From assembly GCA_964016885.1 (NCBI GenBank), contig OZ024752.1:8494001-8558000 (forward strand): a stretch of DNA of 64,000 bases, read 5' to 3'. The stretch is from Eledone cirrhosa (taxonomy: Eukaryota). Each line of letters opens with the position of its first letter. Position 1 is the first letter of the stretch. Made by a program: the position numbers and the translations under genes. This document shows positions 50,976-60,583 of this stretch, piece by piece. The notes beneath the pieces are model-generated. The model had not been told where the DNA came from, made no database searches, and saw only the letters and a program-made list of their open reading frames with translations.

Positions 50976-53900
50976 ATTGATGGGACATACTAAATACTGT
51001 CACCTTACTGGGGATAGTGTATATATTGATGGGACATACTAAATACTGTCACATTACTGTGGATAATATATATATTGATGGGCCACAATACTGTCACCTT
51101 ACTGGGGATAATATATATATTGATGGGACATACTAAATACTGTCACCTTACTGGGGATAGTATAAATATTGATGGGACATACTAAATACTGTCACCTTAC
51201 TGGGGATAGTGTATATATTGATGGGACATACTAAATACTGTCACCTTACTGGGGATAGTGTATATATTGATGGGACATACTTAATACTGTCACCTTATTG
51301 GGGACAGTGAATATATTGATGGGACATACTTAATACTGTCATCTTACTGGGGATAGAATATATATTGATGGGACATACTAAATATTGTTACCTTACTGGG
51401 GATAATATATATATTGATGGGGCATACTTAATACTGTCACCTAACTGGGGATAATATATATATTGATGGGACACAATACTGTCACTTTACTGGGGATAGT
51501 GTATATATTGATGGGACATACTTTATACTGTCACCTTACTGGGGACAGTGAATATATTGATGGGACATACTTAATACTGTCATCTTACTGGGGATAGTAT
51601 ATATATTGATGGGACATACTTAATACTGTCACCTGACTGGGAATAATATATATATTGATGGGACATACTTAATACTGTCACATTACTGGGGATAGTGTAT
51701 ATATTGATGGGACATACTAAATACTGTCACCTTACTGGGAATAGTGTATATATTGATGGGACATACTAAATAGTCACCTTACTGGGGATAGTGTATATAT
51801 TGATGGGACATACTAAATACTGTCACCTTACTGGGGATAGTGTATATATTGATGGGACATACTAAATAGTCACCTTACTGGGGATAGTGTATATATTGAA
51901 AAAACATACTAAATACTGTCACCTTACTGGGGATAGTGTATATATTGATGGGACATACTAAATAGTCACCTTACTGGGGATAGTGTATATATTGATGGGA
52001 CATACTAAATACTGTCACCTTACTGGGGATAGTGTATATATTGATGGGACATACTAAATACTGTCACCTTACTGGGGATAGTGTATATATTGATGGGACA
52101 TACTAAATACTGTCACCTTACTGGGGATAGTGTATATATTGATGGGACATACTAAATACTGTCACCTTACTGGGGATAGTGTATATATTGATGGGACTTA
52201 CTTAATACTGTCACCTTACTAGGGATAGTGTATATATTGATGGGACATACTAAATACTGTCACCTTACTGGAGATAATCTATATATTGAAGGGACATACA
52301 TAATACTGTCACCTTACTGGGGATAATATATATATTGATAGGACATACTACTGTCACCTTACTGGGGATAGTGTGTATATATTGATGGGACATACTTAAT
52401 GCTGTCACCTTACTGGGGATAATATATATATTGATGGGACATACTTAATACTGTCACCTTACTGGGGAAAATATATATATTGATGGGACATACTAAATAC
52501 CGTCACCTTACTGGGGATAGTGTATATATTGATGGGACATACTAAATACTGTCACCTTACTGGGGATAATATATATATTGAAGGGACATACATAATACTG
52601 TCACCTTACTGGGGATAATATATATATTGATAGGACATACTACTGTCACCTTACTGGGGATAGTGTGTATATATTGATGGGACATACTTAATGCTGTCAC
52701 CTTACTGGGGATAATATATATATTGATGGGACATACTTAATACCGTCACCTTACTGGGGAAAATATATATATTGATGGGACATACTAAATACCGTCACCT
52801 TACTGGGGATAGTGTATATATTGATGGGACATACTAAATACTGTCACCTTACTGGGGATAGTGTATATATTGATGGGACATACTAAATACTGTCACCTTA
52901 CTGGGGATAGTGTATATATTGATGGGACATACTAAATACTGTCACCTTACTGGGGATAGTGTATATATTGATGGGACATACTTAATACCGTCACCTTACT
53001 GGGGATAATATATATATATTGATGGGACATACTAAATACTGTCACATTACTGTGGATAATATATATATTGATGGGACATACTAAATACTGTCACATTACT
53101 GTGGATAATATATATATTGATGGGACACAATATTGTCACCTTACTGGGGATAATATATATATTGATGGGACATACTAAATACTGTCACCTTATTGGGGAT
53201 AGTATAATTATTGATGGGACATACTAAATACTGTCACCTTACTGGGGATAGTGTATATATTGATGGGACATACTTAATACTGTCACCTTACTGGGGACAG
53301 TGAATATATTGATGGGACATACTTAATACTGTCACCTTACTGGGGACAGTGAATATATTGATGGGACATACTTAATACTGTCATCTTACTGGGGATAGTA
53401 TATATATTGATGGGACATACTAAATACTGTCACCTTACTGGGGATAATATATATATTGATGGGGCATACTTAATACTGTCACCTAAATGGGGATAATATA
53501 TATATTGATGGGACACAATACTGTCACCTTACTGGGGATAGTGTATATATTGATGGGACATACTTTATACTGTCACCTTACTGGGGACAGTGAATATATT
53601 GATGGGACATACTAAATACTGTCACCTTACTGGGGATAATATATATATTGATGGGATATTTCTGGGGGTAATGTGTGCTAATACAGAAATTAAAAGAACA
53701 ACACCTATAGCACAGAATCCATTAATAAAACAGCAAACAAAAACCTAAAAACTAAACAAAAAAAGGTAATTCCATGAAAATAGAAGCACTGTAATATTTA
53801 ATGTGTCAGAAATAGAATTCTCTAGACAACATAACTTACATCTTGTAATTCTTGATATGAATATAGGTAGGAACTTAAGTATGATCCAAATATTTAAAGT

Positions 53901-54472
53901 ATTGATAATTGATATATTGATAGGAGCTTAAATATGATCTAAATATTTAAAGTGTTGGCACTTTATCAAATGTTCAGAAATCTTATAACTTAACTTCAAA
54001 AAATAAGAACGTAACACTTTTTTTACATTAAAAAAGAAGCAAAGAAGCAAAACCAGAAAGTTCTTGCAGATAACATTTATCACTTTAGTATGAGAATAAA
54101 GCTTAAATGAAAATTCAATTCACTTCTTATATAAGAAAACATTTACCAAAGTCTAGCTTGCATATTTGTTTACCATGCCAAAGTACATAAGGAAGAAACT
54201 GGAAAAGCATTCAATAAATTAGGAAAACCCGTTCCTTTCTACTTAGGCATTCATGAATTACGTCCCTTTTACAACATTTAACTGTCTGTTCACCATAATA
54301 TACTACACATTCATAAAGCATGTACACATATCTACTTAGGTATACTCAGCCATCCCCCCACTCCCATAACTATTCTAGTTCATAATTTACAAAACACACA
54401 GATGACAGCAACATTTACAAGAGTCTGTTGAACAACATCAACTATGATGATAGCATCTGCAATTGACTGGAG

Positions 54473-54682
54473 TTAACCCTTTAGCATTTAAACCAGCTGT
54501 ACCCAGCCAGAATTCTCTCACCTCTTGCTGTTCACACTGGTCATAACCAGTTGCCCATACTTATGTGAAGGTATTGTTCTCAAAATAAATATCAAAATCT
54601 CGTAGATTCAATATGTGAAATAAAGTGTTTACCATGAAAATATTATAGTAAATATAGAGTAATGTAAATGCTAAAGGGTTAA
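54473..54682 (+). mobile_element. piggyBac-type non-autonomous MITE (202 bp plus TTAA target duplications)
   Basis: TTAA (54473-54476) CCCTTTAGCATTTA ... TAAATGCTAAAGGG TTAA (54679-54682): 14-bp perfect TIRs with CCC/GGG ends and a TTAA TSD. Homologous copies lie at 59815-60203. Confidence 0.88.
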
Positions 54683-55020
54683 ATGTACTTGAACATGTAA
54701 AAAATATAACATTATTTTCATATATATATATATTTTTCTCTTTCTTTAATATGGTGACTGTTTTATACATATATTTAGCAATATACCAATCTGCTAGTAT
54801 TCTCTATAAACAAACATAAAACCAACAGCATACTTTTTTTTAGCAAGTTTCTAGCATTATCAATAAAACATCTACCCTTAAAATCAGTAAAAACATTCAT
54901 AAAATATGCAGTGTTTTATATCAACACACAAAGCCCACTCGACAAAGGAAGAACAATTATGGCATAAGACACCAGCTTGGCCTTTTAAATGTCAGTGTAA
55001 AGTTTAACATTCTAAATCAT

Positions 55021-55052
55021 TTAAACCCTCTTGAAGGCACTTTCTCTATTAG
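55021..55052 (-). CDS. Candidate short terminal coding exon of the USP36/42 gene (ANRESAFKRV*)
   Basis: On the minus strand, a TTAAC branch-like motif, the pyrimidine tract CTCCTTCTTCCCATTTCAT and then ...GGTAG precede it. It is phase-1 compatible with the donor at 55721. I recognise no homology, so it may be chance. Confidence 0.25.
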
Positions 55053-55153
55053 CTACCATATGAAATGGGAAGAAGGAGGTTAACTTGCAAAGCATGGATG
55101 TGCAACAGTTACAACAAAGTACATTAAAGATATTCTTGCTAGATAGGTTTATG

Positions 55154-55426
55154 ATATATATATATATTTTATATATATACATACACACACACATGTATAT
55201 ATGTATGCATGTATACACACACACACACACACACACACGTATATATGTATGCATGTATACATACATATATATATACACAAAAAATGCATACATATACACA
55301 CACACACGTATATATGTATGCATGTATACATACATACATATATATATATACAAAAAATGCATACATATACACACACACATGTATATATGTATGCATGTAT
55401 ACATACATAAATATATATATATATAT
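55154..55426. repeat. Compound (TA)n/(CA)n/(TACA)n microsatellite with a repeated GTATATATGTATGCATGTATAC unit
   Basis: Alternating purine-pyrimidine tract. The core GTATATATGTATGCATGTATAC occurs four times. It accounts for the spurious Y/I/H/T/C/V/M ORFs in the track. Confidence 0.95.
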
Positions 55427-55721
55427 TATAATATGAAAGAGGAAATGGGTGAGTTAGAAGAACAGAGGACATACACTGGTAATTACAGGGATTAGCCATT
55501 TTGCAGGATGACAGGAGAAATATATTATAAGGAAGATCATGCTCAACTATTTATCTACTTTAGAGAAAGTGAGGGGGGGAACAAAATATTCAATAAAAGT
55601 ATTAGGCAAAAAAAATATAAATAGAAAAATAAAGTGTGCTGTGGAATTTTAAAAAATGAACGGTGCCCATCAGTAAAAGACAAATGACCCAACTCAGCCG
55701 CAGCTAAGAAAACCAACTTAC

Positions 55722-58118
55722 CAGATTGTCTGGCATGCCTGCTCTCCATATTGGCTCTGGAGTATCTGTTGGGCTCAGCTGATAACATTGCCCCTTTCTC
55801 ATTAACCCCAGAGCTTTTGTTCTCTAGCTCAGCAAGAGACAACACAGATCTTCCTGATGACTTGGGAATTCTATTCTCCATAAATGAAGATGACTGATTT
55901 TTGTGATAAAAATGTTGATTACAACTATCTCTAGATTTAGAAAAGCTGTCTATTAAGGGTCTCTTAGAATGACCATCAGTTCTCGTGCTGGAAATTTGAA
56001 CAGAGGTTGGAAGTGGTAGCCTATTTACATTGCTTGTGGTACTCCCAACAGCTTTTTCAATTGAACAGCCAACTGGATAGCTAAAGGATTTTTCATTAGA
56101 GTTCAAAATCTTATTTTTGGCAGGATTATCCTTGACTGTGTTAACAGAAGTCTTTGTGGACCATGTCGAACCCTCTGTTAAACAGCCATTTCCCTTTTCA
56201 ACGACTGGCCTCAATGACTTCATAGTTTGACTTTTTAATGGGTGCCGTTGAAGTGGTGGAAGTGGTAAAACAGGAGGTTCAACTGGACCCTGTAACAGAG
56301 ATAACACAGAACCAACTGTTTCTTTGCTAATTTTCTGGTTGGTCTGAGAACCAGTGTGATCTTTTGAGGGCAGTTCCTTTGAAGATTGAAGAACTGTTTC
56401 CTGACCGGAAGAAATTACACTATTCCTAGAAATGTCAACAGAGTTAAAATTTTCTTTAGTCCTTTCAACCCATTCATACTTGGAAGAATCTATTTTTAAA
56501 TCTTTTTCATGGAAATGCTGAGCTGCAGAAGGATTTTCAACAAGGTCATCACCAAACGATAGCTCTCTTTTATGCTTGTGCTTTTTATGTCTTTTCTTTC
56601 TAGGTGACTTCCCATCAACATCCTCCTCCTCAATTTCAGCACGATTGTGTCTGTTCTCTTCCTTGTGACGTTTCCGTTTGTGCTTTTTATGTTTTTTGTG
56701 TGAATGTCTGCCACTGACAGAAGTTTCAACCTGATTGGTATTAACATGTGTGTTATGTGGCGCTGTAATCACTAAAGGAGTTGGACAAGAACTTACAACA
56801 TTAGTCACATTAGAACTATTTAAAATGGTTGACTTCGACCTTACAGGTTCAGATGACTTTCCAATATCTATTTCATTTGCAGACGATATTTTCTTTGGTT
56901 CCTCTTTAACAGAAAGCATTGATGTTTGTTGGTTAGAGTTTTCCTTTGGCAATAAGTCAACATTATTAGAAGAAACCGCAGTGGAAGTAGAACACTCCAT
57001 CGTCAAGTTACTGTTTCCAGATGTTGCTTGAATGCCAGTATCGGACACTGACTTAGACATTGTCTCTCCTGTCGCTTCTGAGCAAGTGTCATCTACCAAG
57101 TTACTATTACTACTACTACTGCTACTACTAGTACTACTATTACCACCACTGGCTAAACTCTCCTTACTTGAGACATTCCAGCCGGCTGATTGCCATTCAG
57201 GTTTTGTGCTGGATGAAATGCTGCCTTTATCAAGCCCGTGCCAGTCTGCTGCACAATTTAAACTAGTGATAGAGGTTGGTGCTGATGCTAATGAAGATAA
57301 GCTAGTCAGAGAGTCTTGTGGTGAAACAGGCAGGTTTGTGGGTTTCAGTTTTACTGTAGCTGTTGTATCTAACGGTTGTGCAACAGCAGAGACAGCTGTT
57401 GAACTAACAGTACTAGAGGTACTTTTTTCCCCAGGAAAAGAAGATTTCGACTGCAAATGCCGATTGTGTAGCTTCAAAGTCAAATCCTTGTGTCTCACTG
57501 AAGAAGATAAAGAAAATCTATCGGGGGAACGAATATCCCGACAATTGTTTCTTTCACGATTAGTTGTTTCTAAAAGGTGAGCATTTCCTGGAACAGAAGT
57601 GGTAGCATTTAGACTCTGGTCAAAAACCACTTTATCATCATTAGATGAAGATATATCGGACTTAGTATCACTATGATTATAAGTTTCACTACTAGATTTG
57701 TTCTTTTGAAGCACATGAGGAGGTGAACAGATAGAATTGCTTTTGTTCTCCTGATCAGATTCTGAGTCAGCAGTATAAGGAACCAGCTTGGAGACTTCCT
57801 CTTCATGCTTATTCACCACTTTCATACTTCCATTAGCGGGTTTTTCAATTGTGGTCACAATGCCATTTTTTATCTGCATTACAATCCTAGGTTTGGCGTC
57901 CCCAGTCTTACTGCTGCGATCAGAAGTTGACTTGGTGCCATCTGCTTTTGTATAGCTACTAATGCCAAAAGAGATTTTATCACGTTTGTCTGGCAGGGGT
58001 GTAGCCTTTAAAGCATTGCTATTGCCAGTATCTACCAAAGTCTTTGGGGAATACAAGGTCTGAAGTGTATTGTTCTTGCGTTGAAGTGCCGTGCCAACAT
58101 CATTCAGCACTGGAGACC
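55722..58118 (-). CDS. USP42: USP36/42 large low-complexity exon (2397 bp, phase 1 to phase 1)
   Basis: Lies inside the 869-aa ORF. Acceptor TTACTTCCAG|GG at 58119 is phase-compatible with the preceding exon; donor G|GTAAGT is at 55721. Encodes Ser/Thr-rich sequence, [12 protein letters not shown], and the basic tracts [13 protein letters not shown] and [12 protein letters not shown]. Confidence 0.85.
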
Positions 58119-58929
58119 CTGGAAGTAAACCAAGTATGCTTAATAAAACAGCCATGAAAACCATGACATCAGGAAAATTTAACTAACACATTAAGCAAAC
58201 TGGTATGGTTGATGTATTGCACCTCTACAAGAGAATTGGCAATGCTACAGTTTAATTATGACACTAAAATTAGTTGTAAAGTATCAGAAAAGTGTCCCCA
58301 TACCATGGTAAGCACTGAGTAAGTCAAAACCTGGTATAACTGGTCTAAAACTGTCACATCTAATGTAACAACATCATTTCACCTATTCGATGTGCTACTG
58401 AACATTTTTTTTTTCCTTTTTAAAGTTAAAAATTACTGAGAGCTTTGTCGTTAACTGGGCATAGCCATCTAAATCAAACTCATCAAAAGGTGAGTTCTTA
58501 AAATAATAATATTGAGTATGATAGGAGAAATGATAAAACTGGAATCCCCATGTTTATACATTCACCAAGAAAATAGATATAAAAAAGGTAGAAATATGGC
58601 TGTGATCAATAAAGATAAATCCCGATTTAAGTAGATCTCTACAAAATACAAACATACAGAGACTGGCACACAGTTCACAAATAAATAACTATGTCAAGGA
58701 ATGTAAGAAGATATAACTTAAGCCAACAAGGCAATCATGAGTAATTAAGAAAATATAACATGTATGGCTGCAGTTAATTAGCTGCAACCAGTGAAAACTA
58801 ATATCTGCAGTGACTAATATTAATCAAAGGAAAAATCAAGATAGTGTACCCAAATTGACAACCAAAGAAGATAAAGGATTATGTAACACACAAAGCGTCG
58901 GTAATATAATGGAATATATATATATATAC

Positions 58930-58964
<35 letters not shown>

Positions 58965-60522
58965 TATATATACACACACACACATATATATCAAGTTTAT
59001 TCCACTTGGAAGATTTTCACAGTAAAACAAAGAAGTACAGAAATTAAAAAAAATCTGTAGAATTAAAAAATTATAAATTGTAAAAAATATTACAATTTAT
59101 ACCAACACTAAACACCCAATACTTTCATACTATATAGTAACATATCTTTTTTAATGAAGAAGTTTAAGAATAAGGGTGTTTATAATAATAAAAAATAAAA
59201 ACTGCATTCATTTTGAAATTATGAGAATTGTTTGGGGGTAAAAAAAATTCAGGCTGAGAGCAAGCAAGAATTGTAATTACTATTAGAATTACAATATTGA
59301 AATGAAAGGTCAATATAAGGAGCAAGATCTAGAAGTCCTAATCTGAATATAAGGCTTGAATGGGCTTCGTCATGTCACCACCATCAATAAATATAACACT
59401 GACATGTTAGTCAGAAGAATAGTTGCACAGCAAATGAAAAAAATCTCTCAACACTTTTAGTTAAAATAAAGAACAGACTATTTGTTGACCAAGCAATACA
59501 ACTCCATCAACAGAATAATCCTTCCATGACCATCACTGACAATTCTACCCTCCCACTACACTATTAATAGAGCAGAAGTGAAAACTAAAATTAAAGAAAA
59601 CTTACTGTGTGAGCCATTTACTACTCTAAAATTTGTTTGTAAAGCTGGCATCTGGGGACCAATAAAATTTCCCTGAAAAAAAGAAAAAATTGTAAAAAAA
59701 ACAATTTAAAATGATTTATTCAGTAGATGGAGAATGAAACAAAAATATAACTATTACATATTCCAGCCAACAGGCTGAGGCCATGCTGGGGCACTGAAAG
59801 ATTTCCTTTAAAAAGTTTTACATTCTACATTACTCTATATTTAATATTATATTTTTACGGTAAACACTTTATCTCACATACTATCGAATCTATGAGATTT
59901 TGATATTTATTTTGAGAAAAATACCTTAACCCTTTAGCATTTAAACTGGCTGTATCTGGCCAGAATTTTCTCGCCTCTTTCTGTTCAAACTGGCCACTCA
60001 TACCAACATTAAGGTATTGTTCTCAAAATAAATAATATCAAAATCTCATAGATTCGATATTATGTGAGGTAAAGCCTTTACTATGAAAATACATTAGTAT
60101 ATATAGAGTAATGTAAATGTAACAATTACGAGCAGCTGGTTTGAACAAGAAGAGGTGAGAGAATTCGGGCTGGAAACTGCCAGTTGAAATACTAAAAGGT
60201 TAATATATTTTCTAGTGGAAAATCTGTTAAACAAAAGACTGGAAGGACTCTTCAGTTGTGTCAAAGATACGCCAACCTCTCTCGTGTTGGGAGATAAGTT
60301 TTTATGAATTTATTAAGAACCTATCTTTGACTTTTGTTTTGTTTTCATTATTCAATACACACACACACAATATATATATATATAGTGGTGTTAGGAAGGG
60401 CATCCAGCCGTAGAAATCAAGCTAAAACCAGTTCTGTGTCAGCAAAACACGGTCCTCCGATGTAGATCTCTCACAAGAGGACAGCACGTCCTACCTATAC
60501 TAGCGTGGAAAACAGACGATGA

Positions 60523-60583
<61 letters not shown>

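Larger units (their letters stand above)
1..53656. repeat. Satellite DNA array, 49-bp monomer, about 1,080-1,090 copies, continuing past the left window edge
   Basis: ATTGATGGGAC recurs at 7, 56, 105 and so on (period 49). Monomer ATTGATGGGACATACT(A/T)AATAC(T/C)GTCACCTTACTGGGGATA(ATA/GTG)TATAT. Length variants of about 40, 44, 46, 47 and 51 bp arise from short indels. All copies I read have the same orientation. The array ends at ...TATTGATGGGA 53656. Copy number is estimated as length/49. Confidence 0.99.

Noticed and set aside
1-53656. CRISPR array or other repeat-spacer system
   Set aside because: The monomers are contiguous with no unique spacers, the three inserts are identical SINE pieces, there are no cas genes, and the context is a spliced eukaryotic gene.
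1-53656. Hammerhead-ribozyme satellite or G-quadruplex array
   Set aside because: There is no CTGANGA/GAAA core in the monomer on either strand. The GGG and GGGG runs are separated by roughly 20-nt loops, which fits canonical G4 poorly.
53834-53940. Possible extra exon ending at a GTAAGT donor-like site near 53839 on the minus strand
   Set aside because: No convincing acceptor and no recognisable USP36/42 C-terminal peptide.
55021-55499. Six overlapping Y/I/H/T/C/V/M-rich ORFs
   Set aside because: Translation of a dinucleotide microsatellite. The same applies to 58810-59030.
56496-57806. Alternative-frame and antisense ORFs (83, 98, 182, 65 aa)
   Set aside because: Shadows of the large USP exon.
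55555-58164. 869-aa ORF as a standalone secreted or membrane protein
   Set aside because: The hydrophobic N- and C-terminal stretches lie outside the splice sites (58119 and 55721) and look like intronic T-rich sequence. The core splices in frame to the USP exons.
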